The notes: generated from the sequence alone by a model not told the origin. DNA of 63,870 nt from Oculatellaceae cyanobacterium bins.114 (GCA_033764315.1 JANRJA010000067.1:1-63870), one strand, 5' to 3'; positions 30,813-39,582 are shown, numbered from the stretch's first letter. Made by a program: numbers and translations.

Positions 30813-32300
30813 ATGGCGTTCGCAACACGGCAACCAATCCTCTTTGGTGGTTTAGGGTTAACCTTCAGTTTGTGGCTTCTTGAGAGCTTGCACCCCAGCA
30901 CAGTCTATTTGGGGGGCAGTCTCGTGTGGGCAGCGATCGCCCTGGGTTCTGGCTTTTGGTGGTTTAAGCAGCAGCTTTTGCCGTCTAAACCGGATTTAGC
31001 TCCATTGCCCGTCGATCGCTCCGCTGTTGAAAAAGAGTTAGCCAGTGTTGAGCAACGCATTCAATTTCTGGCAACGGAACTGCCTGACTCCAAAATCGAT
31101 AGCACTGCCTTAATTGCAGGATTGCGTCAACAACTTGCCTGCCTCACCACCGACCTCGATCGCAAACAAGCTCGACTGGCCATTATGGGGGGCAAAGGGG
31201 TTGGCAAAACCACCCTGACTCAACGGCTAGCCTCTCGCTTAGCTCCAGATAAGGTGGCATCAGCTACGGATAAGCCAGCAGCAACCACAGCAACGAATGA
31301 GTCGAGTGTCGGATTAGGCGCAACCGATATTGCGGAAGTCTCTAAAAAGGATCTGGTGGTGTTTGTCGCCGCTGGCGATTTGACGGATTCAGAGTTTCAA
31401 GCGGTAAATCAGTTACTCGATCGCCAACAGCGAGTGTTGATGGTGTTGAACAAACAAGATCAATACCTGCCCGATGAGCGGATGCAAGTCTTGCAACACC
31501 TGCGCGATCGCTTTCAAAACCGCATTGCCGCCGAGGATGTCGTGGCGATCGCCGCTCAACCTGCCCCTATTAAAGTGCGCCGTCATGCCGCCGATGGCAC
31601 CCTCCAAGAATTTGTGGAGCAAGCTGCCCCTAACCTCACCACTTTGACAGAGCGAGTTGGCAGCATTTTGCAACAAGAGGGACAACGCCTGGTCTTAGCC
31701 ACCGTGATGCGGCAAGCCAGAGCCTTAAAAGCAACGATTCAAACTGAACTGAACCAGATTAGACGCGATCGCGCCCTACCGTTGATTGAGCAGTCTCAAT
31801 GGATCGCCGCTGCAACTGCGTTTGCTAACCCTGTTCCCAGTCTGGATTTGTTAGCAACGGCAGCGATTAATACCCAACTGGTGATGGATTTAGGCGCAAT
31901 CTATCAACAATCCTTTTCGTTACAACAAGCCAAGACCGTTGCTGGAAATTTGGCAGAGGTGATGGTCAAGTTAGGGTTAGTGGAATTGTCGAGTCAGGCG
32001 ATCGCCCCTCTGCTGAAGAGTCACGTTCTCACCTATGTGGCGGGCGGGTTGTTGCAGGGCGTCAGTGCCGCCTATCTAACGCGCATTGCTGGACTCAGCC
32101 TTATTACCTATTTTGAGGAGCAGAGCTTGTTACTAGAGGCAGGGTCAGAACCCGCCTTCCAACTCGATCGCCTGACCCAAAAGCTCAAAGCGGTTTTCCA
32201 GGACAATCAGCGCACTGCCTTTTTGCAAACGCTAGTGCAGCAGGGAATTAGTCGGTTGATGCCAGAAGCCCCGGCTCAAGCCTCGTTGCCTTCCGCTTAA
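30813..32300 (+). CDS. YcjF/DUF697-family membrane protein with degenerate GTPase domain
   Basis: Two N-terminal TMs, GGKGVGKTT, GDLTDSE, NKQD, AFANPVPSLDLLATAAIN, LQGVSAAYLTRIAG; start MAFATR at 30813. Confidence 0.85.
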   Translation: MAFATRQPILFGGLGLTFSLWLLESLHPSTVYLGGSLVWAAIALGSGFWWFKQQLLPSKPDLAPLPVDRSAVEKELASVEQRIQFLATELPDSKIDSTALIAGLRQQLACLTTDLDRKQARLAIMGGKGVGKTTLTQRLASRLAPDKVASATDKPAATTATNESSVGLGATDIAEVSKKDLVVFVAAGDLTDSEFQAVNQLLDRQQRVLMVLNKQDQYLPDERMQVLQHLRDRFQNRIAAEDVVAIAAQPAPIKVRRHAADGTLQEFVEQAAPNLTTLTERVGSILQQEGQRLVLATVMRQARALKATIQTELNQIRRDRALPLIEQSQWIAAATAFANPVPSLDLLATAAINTQLVMDLGAIYQQSFSLQQAKTVAGNLAEVMVKLGLVELSSQAIAPLLKSHVLTYVAGGLLQGVSAAYLTRIAGLSLITYFEEQSLLLEAGSEPAFQLDRLTQKLKAVFQDNQRTAFLQTLVQQGISRLMPEAPAQASLPSA

Positions 32301-32307
32301 GAGGGCT

Positions 32308-32372
32308 AGGTTCCCGGTTTCTCGTTGAGCATCCTCAACGTGTCTAATTCGCCTCACAGAAACCGGGGATCT
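32308..32372. repeat. MITE-like element, family A
   Basis: AGGTTCCCGGTTTCT ... AGAAACCGGGGATCT; interior similar to the other two copies. Confidence 0.8.
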
Positions 32373-32568
32373 GGAAAAAGGCGTAGCGATTGGTGTGATT
32401 TCCCGGTTCCTAGCCTCTGATGTGGCATGACAAGACGGAACCCTCTAACGAGAGGGAAATCCAAAATCTCAAATCCAAAATCTCAAATCTAAAATTGCGA
32501 CAGGTCTTTCTCGTGTGGGAGAAATCTGCGGTAATCTTATGGCAATCCCAGTGAGTTGTTTGCCCCCA

Positions 32569-34155
32569 ATGGCTATGCCTGTCAGCAACGCCCCTGATCA
32601 TCGGTTGCACATTTTTATTAGCTACAAACGGAGTGTATCTCCCGATGAAGCGGTCGCGCTGGAGGTGTTTAAGGCACTCAGCGAAGACTACGAGGTGTTT
32701 ATTGACCAGACAATGGTGGTAGGCACCCTGTGGGCAGAGCGAATTGAGGCAGAACTGAGGCGATCGCACTTTCTCATCTCTTTCCTCACCCATTACTCCG
32801 TCACCAGCGAGATGGTCAAAGGCGAAATTGAAACCGCCCATCATTTGAGCAAGCAACACGGGAAACCTATTATTCTCCCGGTGCGGTTAGCCTATCGAGA
32901 ACCCTTTACCTATCCCCTCAGTGCCTACCTGAACGGCATCAACTGGGCATTTTGGGAGAGTCCGACCGATACCCCCCGGTTGATTCAGGAATTGCGGCAA
33001 GCGATCGCCGGAGGCAGCCTTTCCATCAGCAGCGATCGCGCCAAATCTGGTACAGACGCGATTAATCGCGTCTCTGCGTTATCTTCTAATGCAGATTCGA
33101 CGAATCGTGTCTCTCTTCCACCGCCTTTACCATCTGCCCAACCGCTCTCTCTGGAAATGCCAGAGGGCACAATGGATGCAGAGTCGCAGTTCTATGTCGC
33201 CAGAAGCAGTGATGCGATCGCCCTGAATGCCATCCAAAAACAAGGCGTCACGATCACTATCAAAGGCCCACGCCAAATGGGCAAAAGTTCGCTGTTGATT
33301 CAGGTGGTGGATGCGGCGATGAACGCTGATAAACGGGTCGCTTTTCTCGACTTTCAACTGCTAGACACCACCACGCTGAGCCATGCCGATGCCTTCTTTC
33401 GGCAGTTTTGTAGCTGGATCACCGAGCAAATGGAACTGCCCGATCGCGTGGAGGAGTATTGGCGGGATGGTTCAGGCAATAGCCTGCGCTGTACGAATTA
33501 CATCAAGTCCTATGTGCTCAAGGAATTGGGTGCGCCCCTGTTGCTGGCGATGGATGAAGTCGATCGGATGTTTGAAACCGATTTTCAATCCGATTTTTTT
33601 AGCATGTTGCGGAGTTGGCATAATGGTCGTGCTCTGCCCACAACCCGTATTTGGCGCAAGCTCGATCTGGCACTCGTCACCGCCACCGAACCCTATCACC
33701 TGATTGAGAACATGAACCAATCCCCGTTTAACGTGGGTGAGGTGATTACCCTGACGGATTTCACCACCGAGCAGGTGACGGCACTCAATCAAAAGCATGG
33801 GTCGCCGTTTAACCCCACTCTGGAGCAGCAGTTCATGGACTGGGTGAATGGGCATCCCTATCTGGTGCGACGGGCACTCTATCTGGTCGCCAGCGGGCAA
33901 TGCACCGTAGAAAACCTGTTTGCTCAGGCAACCGCTGACCGGGGTCCCTTTGGCGATCATCTGCGCTATCACCTGTTTCGCATTAGCGATCGCCCCGATT
34001 TGCTTCAGGGGTTGCAGCAGGTGATTCAACATCAAACCTGTGGCGACTCACGGGTATTGCGTCTGTTGCGGGCGGCGGGTCTGGTCGATAGCCAGACCAT
34101 CACACCTCGCTGTCGGCTCTATGCGGAGTTCTTTGGGGAGCGGTTGCATGGCTGA
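32569..34155 (+). CDS. TIR domain + AAA_35 (STAND-like P-loop NTPase) protein
   Basis: TIR: IFISYKR..VFID..SEMVKGEI..IILPVRL; NTPase: FYVAR, Walker A GPRQMGKSS, Walker B LLAMDEVD, SPFNVG, GHPYLVR; start uncertain (32539/32569/32575). Confidence 0.9.
   Translation: MAMPVSNAPDHRLHIFISYKRSVSPDEAVALEVFKALSEDYEVFIDQTMVVGTLWAERIEAELRRSHFLISFLTHYSVTSEMVKGEIETAHHLSKQHGKPIILPVRLAYREPFTYPLSAYLNGINWAFWESPTDTPRLIQELRQAIAGGSLSISSDRAKSGTDAINRVSALSSNADSTNRVSLPPPLPSAQPLSLEMPEGTMDAESQFYVARSSDAIALNAIQKQGVTITIKGPRQMGKSSLLIQVVDAAMNADKRVAFLDFQLLDTTTLSHADAFFRQFCSWITEQMELPDRVEEYWRDGSGNSLRCTNYIKSYVLKELGAPLLLAMDEVDRMFETDFQSDFFSMLRSWHNGRALPTTRIWRKLDLALVTATEPYHLIENMNQSPFNVGEVITLTDFTTEQVTALNQKHGSPFNPTLEQQFMDWVNGHPYLVRRALYLVASGQCTVENLFAQATADRGPFGDHLRYHLFRISDRPDLLQGLQQVIQHQTCGDSRVLRLLRAAGLVDSQTITPRCRLYAEFFGERLHG
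33050..33114. repeat. Palindromic REP-like element in-frame in the TIR-AAA linker
   Basis: GTAC-AGACGCGATTAATCGCGTCT-CTGC plus a degenerate second copy GCAGATTCGACGAATCGTGTCTCT. Confidence 0.8.
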
Positions 34156-37100
34156 GCCAACACAGCCTGGAGCTGACCCGCATGGATATAGTGATCCGAA
34201 CGTCTACACCGTCGGTGGCACGGTGCAAACCAACGAGCAGGGACTCTACCTGGCTCGTCCTGCCGATGCGGAATTGCTGCATCTGTGTCGGCAGTCCGAC
34301 TTTGCCTATGTGCTCACCCCCCGACAGATGGGCAAGTCGAGCCTGATGATTCGTACCGCAGAGGAGTTGCTGGAGGAGGGCAGGCAGGCGGTGATCATTG
34401 ACCTGACTCAGATCGGCACCCAGGTCAGCATAGACGAGTGGTATCGGGGATTGCTCACCGTCATTGCCGACCAATTGGAACTGAGCGTTCCCATTAGCGA
34501 TTGGTGGCAGAGTCACCGCGATCTGGGGGTGACTCAACGGTTGACCCAATTTTTTCAGGATGTGGTGATGACCGAGGTAGAAGCTCCTCTGGTGATCTTC
34601 GTGGATGAGATCGACACCACCCTCAGCCTCGACTTTACCGACGACTTTTTTGCAGCGATTCGCTTTCTCTATGTGGCACGGGCGACCCAGCCCGACTTAC
34701 GGCGACTCTCCTTTGTGTTGATTGGGGTGGCAACTCCCGGCGATCTGATCCGTGACCCCAAACGCACCCCCTTTAACATTGGGCAGCGGGTGGACTTGAC
34801 CGACTTTACCGCCGATGAAGCATTGCCACTGATGGCGGGTCTGGGATTAGCTGCCATCCAAAACCAGGAGGTGTTGGGGTGGGTGTTGAAGTGGACAGGG
34901 GGACACCCTTACTTAACGCAGCGGTTGTGTCAGGCGATCGCGCAGGTAGGTGGGGAGAATTGGAGCGAAGCAGAGGTCGATCGCCTTGTCACCCGCACGT
35001 TTTTGGGGGCGATGAGCGAGCAAGACAACAACCTGCAATTTGTCCGCGATATGTTGACCAAACGGGCACCGGAAGAGGTGGGAGCCGTTGCCATTCTCAA
35101 GACCTATCGCCAGATTCGGCAGGGCAAACGCCCAGTGCTGGATGAAGAACAATCTCTGGTGAAATCGCACCTGAAACTTGCTGGCATTGTGCGCCGTCAG
35201 GGACGCAGCTTGCAGATCCGCAATTTGATCTATCGCCAGGTATTTGACTGGGACTGGATCAAGACTCACCTGCCCGAAACCCTATGGCAACGGCTAAAGC
35301 CTGCGATGCCGTTTATTGTGGCGGCTCTGTTGATTGCGGCGATGATGACCGGGTTGTTCTTAGAAGCCCAAACGCAACGAGCCAGGGCAGAAGGGGCACT
35401 CCAAACCGCGAAAGAGCAGACTGAGTTAGCCCAAATGAATGAAAAAACTGCCGCAAGCAATGCACTGAAAGCAGCAAGGAATGCACGGGAAGCCGAGCGG
35501 CAACGCGATCGGGCTGAACAAGCCCTCGATGATGTTAAAGAGCAGGCTAGAATCGCTCAACAGGCACTCAACGACGCAAAAGAGCAAGCCGAAAACGCCC
35601 GACGGAATGCAGCGGAGGCACGACGACAAAGGGATGAAGCCACTCGTCAGCGAGTGGTGGCAGAACAGCAAACGGAGATCGCCCGACGACAAACCGAAGT
35701 CGCCACCCTGCGGGAAAAAGCCGCTGTCGTGTTGAACTGGTTGCCGACTGCCAGGGTGGTGGATGGTATGGTCATGGCGATTCAAGCAATGGGTGAGGTG
35801 ATTGCACAGAGACCAGAGGTGGCAAAACAGGTGTTGACCCCGGTGCAGTCGAGTTTGTTGGCAGCCGTTCAAAGCGTCAAAGAGAAAAATCTGCTGCTGG
35901 GACACACCGCTGCGATCTTGTCCGTCGCCTTTAGCCCGGATGGACAGACGATCGCCTCTGGCAGTAGTGACAACACGGTGCGGCTGTGGAACTTACAAGG
36001 GCAGCCTATCGGTCAGCCCCTTCATGGACACACCGATACTGTCAATTCCGTCGCCTTTAGCCCGGATGGTAAGACGGTCGCCTCTGGCAGTAGTGACAAC
36101 ACGGTGCGGCTGTGGAACTTACAAGGGCAGCCTATCGGTCAGCCCCTTCATGGACACACCGATACTGTCAATTCCGTCGCCTTTAGCCCGGATGGACAGA
36201 CGATCGCCTCTGGCAGTAGTGATAACACGGTGCGGCTGTGGAACGTGCAGGGGCAACCCATCGCTCAGCCCTTCCAAGACCACGCATCTGGGGTCTTGTC
36301 CATCGCCTTTAGCCCGGATGGGCAGACGATCGCCTCTGGCAGTAGTGACAACACGGTGCGGTTGTGGGATTTGCAGGGGCAGCCCATCAGTCAACCTTTC
36401 CAGGGCCACACAGCTTCTGTCTCTTCGGTCGCCTTTAGCCCGGATGGGCAGACGATCGCCTCTGGCAGTTGGGACAACACGGTGCGACTATGGAACTTAC
36501 AAGGACAGCCTACCAGTCAGCCCCTCCAGAGACATACTGGTCTTGTCTGGTCTGTCGCCTTTAGCCCGGATGGGCAGACGATCGCCTCTGGCAGTTATGA
36601 CAACACGGTGCGACTATGGAATTTACAAGGGCAGCCCATCAGTCAACCTTTCCACGGACACACCGCTCAGGTCTTGTCCGTTGCCTTTAGCCCGGATGGC
36701 AAGACGATCGCCTCTGGTAGTAGAGACAACACGGTGCGGCTGTGGGACTTACAAGGGCAGCCCATCAGTCAGCCTTTCCACGGACACACCAATGCTGTCT
36801 TTTCCGTCGCCTTCAGCCCGGATAGACAGACGATCGCCAGTGGCAGTTGGGACAACACGGTGCGGCTGTGGAACGTGCAGGGGCAGCCCATCGGTCAGCC
36901 CTTCTACGAACCCGCTGCTGTCTTGTCCGTTGCTTTTAGCCCGGATGGGAAGACGATCGCCTCTGGCAGTGCTGATAAAACGGTGCGGCTGTGGAACTTA
37001 CAAGGGCAGCCCATCGGTCAGCCCTTCGAAGGACATACCGATACAGTCTGGTCGGTCGCCTTTAGCCCGGATGGGAAGACGATCGCCAGTGGCAGTAGGG

Positions 37101-37774
37101 ACAACACGGTGCGGCTGTGGAACTTACAGGGGCAGCCGCTCGGTCAGCCCTTCCTGGGACATACCGCTTATGTCAATTCCGTCGCCTTTAGCCCGGATGG
37201 ACAAACGATCGCTTCTAGCAGTGCTGACACGACGGTGCGACTGTGGAATGTACAGGGACAGCCCATCGGTCAGCCCCTCCGACATGCGTCTGTTATCTTT
37301 TCCGTCGTCTTTAGCCGGGATGGACAGATGATCGCCTCGGGCAGTGGGGACAACACGGTACGGTTATGGGATTTGCAGGGGCAGCCTATCGGTCAGCCCT
37401 TCCAGGGACATACCGCTTCTGTTGTGTCCGTCGCCTTTAGCCCGGATGGGCAGACGATCGCCTCTGGCAGTTGGGACAACACGGTGCGGCTGTGGACTCT
37501 CGATGGCACCCCCATCGGGCAACCGTTTCAAGGGCATACAGCTGAGGTCTTGTCGGTGGCGTTTAGCCCGGATGGGCAGCGGATTGTCAGTGGTAGTTTT
37601 GACCAGACGGTGCGGCTATGGCACGGTTCCTGGCAGGGGTGGCTCCAAGTGGGCTGCAATCGGCTGCGGCAACATCCGATCTTCCGCCATCCCGATGAGA
37701 GTTTTGACCCGGTGGTGGTGCGGGGGGCGATTGAGGCGTGTGAGCGGTATGTGTGGCAACGGATGGGCAACTGA
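34148..37774 (+). CDS. AAA_35 NTPase - transmembrane helix - coiled coil - 14x WD40 repeat protein
   Basis: YTVGGTV, Walker A TPRQMGKSS, Walker B VIFVDEID, TPFNIG, WTGGHPYLTQ; TM MPFIVAALLIAAMMTGLFL; Ala/Glu/Gln/Arg coiled coil; 14 GH..WD repeats; ATG overlaps the upstream stop by 8 nt. Confidence 0.93.
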   Translation: MAEPTQPGADPHGYSDPNVYTVGGTVQTNEQGLYLARPADAELLHLCRQSDFAYVLTPRQMGKSSLMIRTAEELLEEGRQAVIIDLTQIGTQVSIDEWYRGLLTVIADQLELSVPISDWWQSHRDLGVTQRLTQFFQDVVMTEVEAPLVIFVDEIDTTLSLDFTDDFFAAIRFLYVARATQPDLRRLSFVLIGVATPGDLIRDPKRTPFNIGQRVDLTDFTADEALPLMAGLGLAAIQNQEVLGWVLKWTGGHPYLTQRLCQAIAQVGGENWSEAEVDRLVTRTFLGAMSEQDNNLQFVRDMLTKRAPEEVGAVAILKTYRQIRQGKRPVLDEEQSLVKSHLKLAGIVRRQGRSLQIRNLIYRQVFDWDWIKTHLPETLWQRLKPAMPFIVAALLIAAMMTGLFLEAQTQRARAEGALQTAKEQTELAQMNEKTAASNALKAARNAREAERQRDRAEQALDDVKEQARIAQQALNDAKEQAENARRNAAEARRQRDEATRQRVVAEQQTEIARRQTEVATLREKAAVVLNWLPTARVVDGMVMAIQAMGEVIAQRPEVAKQVLTPVQSSLLAAVQSVKEKNLLLGHTAAILSVAFSPDGQTIASGSSDNTVRLWNLQGQPIGQPLHGHTDTVNSVAFSPDGKTVASGSSDNTVRLWNLQGQPIGQPLHGHTDTVNSVAFSPDGQTIASGSSDNTVRLWNVQGQPIAQPFQDHASGVLSIAFSPDGQTIASGSSDNTVRLWDLQGQPISQPFQGHTASVSSVAFSPDGQTIASGSWDNTVRLWNLQGQPTSQPLQRHTGLVWSVAFSPDGQTIASGSYDNTVRLWNLQGQPISQPFHGHTAQVLSVAFSPDGKTIASGSRDNTVRLWDLQGQPISQPFHGHTNAVFSVAFSPDRQTIASGSWDNTVRLWNVQGQPIGQPFYEPAAVLSVAFSPDGKTIASGSADKTVRLWNLQGQPIGQPFEGHTDTVWSVAFSPDGKTIASGSRDNTVRLWNLQGQPLGQPFLGHTAYVNSVAFSPDGQTIASSSADTTVRLWNVQGQPIGQPLRHASVIFSVVFSRDGQMIASGSGDNTVRLWDLQGQPIGQPFQGHTASVVSVAFSPDGQTIASGSWDNTVRLWTLDGTPIGQPFQGHTAEVLSVAFSPDGQRIVSGSFDQTVRLWHGSWQGWLQVGCNRLRQHPIFRHPDESFDPVVVRGAIEACERYVWQRMGN
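35900..37621 (+). repeat. Intragenic tandem array of about 126-bp WD40 units (14 copies)
   Basis: Near-identical units, e.g. GTCGCCTTTAGCCCGGATGG and GACAACACGGTGCGGCTGTGG recurring every 123-126 bp. Confidence 0.95.
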
Positions 37775-37855
37775 TATGCGATCGATCGGGTCTATTTGGC
37801 AAACGGATGGGCGGTGGATAAGGGGTGATGGGGCGATGGGGTGATGCAAAGATTA

Positions 37856-37886
37856 GGCAGAGACGCGATTAATCGCGTCTGTACGG
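37856..37886. repeat. Palindromic REP-like element (left border of TA array)
   Basis: GGCAG-AGACGCGATTAATCGCGTCT-GTACGG. Confidence 0.8.
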
Positions 37887-37943
37887 GAAAGAAGAGAAAG
37901 GCGATGCAACGCAGTTCTCCTCTTGGGGGTAATCATTCTGTGA

Positions 37944-38273
37944 TCAGGACAATGGTTCTAGACGTTCAATCAGTTGTGGAATCGATCGAGTCGCAGCATT
38001 CCAAACTTCACTTAGATCCACCGCATCATACGCATGAATCAAAATATCTCGCATCCCTGCCATTTTTTGCCGGGGAACGTCAGGATGATTTTCCCGAAAG
38101 GTTGCTGAAAGTCGTTTAGTTGCTTCTCCAATGATCTCTAACTGCCGCACAACCGCTGATTGACACATTAAGTCAGCTTCAAAAGCATCCCAATCTCGAC
38201 CTGCCAAAAATGTTTCAATCAAATGGGCGGCTGCCAAAATATCAGTCACATAATCCAGATCACGAGGCGACAT
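37944..38273 (-). CDS. hepT: HepT/DUF86 HEPN ribonuclease toxin
   Basis: QSAVVRQLEIIGEATKRLS and RX4HXY motif MRDILIHAY; overlaps the upstream MNT gene. Confidence 0.9.
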   Translation of the reverse strand: MSPRDLDYVTDILAAAHLIETFLAGRDWDAFEADLMCQSAVVRQLEIIGEATKRLSATFRENHPDVPRQKMAGMRDILIHAYDAVDLSEVWNAATRSIPQLIERLEPLS

Positions 38274-38571
38274 AAATAGGTTTGGCAGACTCCAAAATGG
38301 CTTGACGACGGCGAACGTTTCGGCTTCGCTCAATGCCTCGACGGCTCACTAAATCGACCTTCCGTCCAAATAAATGCCTCAGCTCATCTTGCATATCCAC
38401 GTGATCAAACAACGTCCAGGTTGAATCAGGAGCAAATGTAACTAGCACATCTACATCGCTATCTGGACGAAAATCTGCTCGAAGAACTGACCCAAACAGC
38501 GCAAACTCCACAATCTCCCAACGCTGGCAAAACTCAGCAATCTTTTTTTGAGGAATGTCAATGTTTGGCAT
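38260..38571 (-). CDS. mntA: Minimal nucleotidyltransferase (MNT) antitoxin
   Basis: LFGSVLRADFRPDSDVDVLV = GSX10DXD; LFGRKVDLV. Confidence 0.92.
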   Translation of the reverse strand: MPNIDIPQKKIAEFCQRWEIVEFALFGSVLRADFRPDSDVDVLVTFAPDSTWTLFDHVDMQDELRHLFGRKVDLVSRRGIERSRNVRRRQAILESAKPIYVAS

Positions 38572-38673
38572 AGTAGACAAGACGCTAATATTACCGATCT
38601 AACTGTAACCGAGAATGATAGAGAGAGGGCGGTGAAAGGATGAAGGATGAAGGATAAAAAAGAAAGAAGAAGG

Positions 38674-38733
38674 GCGATGCGGAGCAATTCTCCCGAAGGG
38701 AGATGGGGAGCAGTTCTCCCGAAGGGAGATCGC
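38674..38733. repeat. Two tandem 26-nt hairpin units inside a split HIP1 site
   Basis: GCGAT-[GCGGAGCAATTCTCCCGAAGGGAGAT][GGGGAGCAGTTCTCCCGAAGGGAGAT]-CGC. Confidence 0.85.
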
Positions 38734-38755
38734 CAAACTATAGTAGATACATCAG

Positions 38756-39055
38756 ATGGGAAAAGTCAGGCTTAAGAATACCGAACTTGTCACGCTCCAA
38801 TTGCCCATTGAGTTGTATCAAAAGCTGCGATCGCTAGCCGTAGAGGGACAAACAGACCCAGTTGAGGTCATTGCCCGTTTGGTTACAGATGCTCAACGGC
38901 GAAGAGCCTGGTTACAAGATTTGGCTGCGCTGCGCCAGCAGATTCAAGCCGATGGTGGGCTGCAACTGGGCGATCGAGAAGAACGAGTTGAACAATTACG
39001 GCAGACTCGGCAAGAAATTTTTGAAGCAGAATATGCACATTTGTATCGACAGTAG
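38756..39055 (+). CDS. Putative antitoxin (RHH-like N-terminus) partner of PIN protein
   Basis: VTLQLPIELYQKLRSLA..DPVEVIARLV strand-helix-helix pattern; overlaps the downstream PIN gene by 23 nt. Confidence 0.7.
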   Translation: MGKVRLKNTELVTLQLPIELYQKLRSLAVEGQTDPVEVIARLVTDAQRRRAWLQDLAALRQQIQADGGLQLGDREERVEQLRQTRQEIFEAEYAHLYRQ

Positions 39056-39458
39056 TGCTTTTATCGTTGGATTAGAGGGCAGTGACCCAGATGCGATGCA
39101 AATCCTGGAATGGGTAGGCAGTGATCTCAATCTAATGATTCCTCGCCTGGTTGCTCAAGAAGTCACTCGGAATCTAAGACAATCAGAACAAGTACGGCAG
39201 TTTTATAAGCTGTTTCAGAATTATCCATTTGCTCAAATCATTGATGAACCTGTCCCAACCCATTTGGTTAAGCAGTATGTCAGTTTAGGTCTACCTGCTA
39301 AGGCAGATGCTTTTATTGGTGCTTTTGCAGAGTGGACTAATGCCCGTTACCTGATTTCTGAAAATCGCCACTTCCTTCGCGATCTCACAACAAAAGCTTT
39401 TCAAGTGGTCGATCCTACTGAATTTGTGAGGCTATGGAATTCGCAAGATGAGGGGTAA
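39033..39458 (+). CDS. PIN-domain (VapC-like) ribonuclease
   Basis: MHICIDSSAFI, VAQEVTRNL, ADAFIGAFA, YLISENRHFL acidic PIN pattern; start MHICID at 39033. Confidence 0.8.
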   Translation: MHICIDSSAFIVGLEGSDPDAMQILEWVGSDLNLMIPRLVAQEVTRNLRQSEQVRQFYKLFQNYPFAQIIDEPVPTHLVKQYVSLGLPAKADAFIGAFAEWTNARYLISENRHFLRDLTTKAFQVVDPTEFVRLWNSQDEG

Positions 39459-39461
39459 GGA

Positions 39462-39547
39462 GCGATGCAAAGCAGTTCTCCCAAAGGGCGATGCAAAGCA
39501 ATTCTCCCAAAGGGCGATGCGGAGCAATTCTCCCGAAGGGAGATCGT
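39462..39547. repeat. Three tandem 26-nt units inside a split HIP1-like site
   Basis: GCGAT-[GCAAAGCAGTTCTCCCAAAGGGCGAT][GCAAAGCAATTCTCCCAAAGGGCGAT][GCGGAGCAATTCTCCCGAAGGGAGAT]-CGT. Confidence 0.85.
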
Positions 39548-39582
39548 GTTTATAGTACAGAAGTAGTTTTGTGCTTTGACCG

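Noticed and set aside
35940..37331. 463-aa Cys/Ser/Pro-rich repetitive ORF in another frame
   Set aside because: Shadow of the WD40 tandem array: a stop-free alternative frame is propagated by the repeats, and there is no independent RBS or domain
35900..37621. Diversity-generating retroelement acting on the WD40 repeats
   Set aside because: No reverse transcriptase or separate template repeat in the window; differences are not evidently adenine-restricted
38674..39547. 26-nt palindromic repeats as a CRISPR array
   Set aside because: Units are directly adjacent with no spacers, and there are no cas genes
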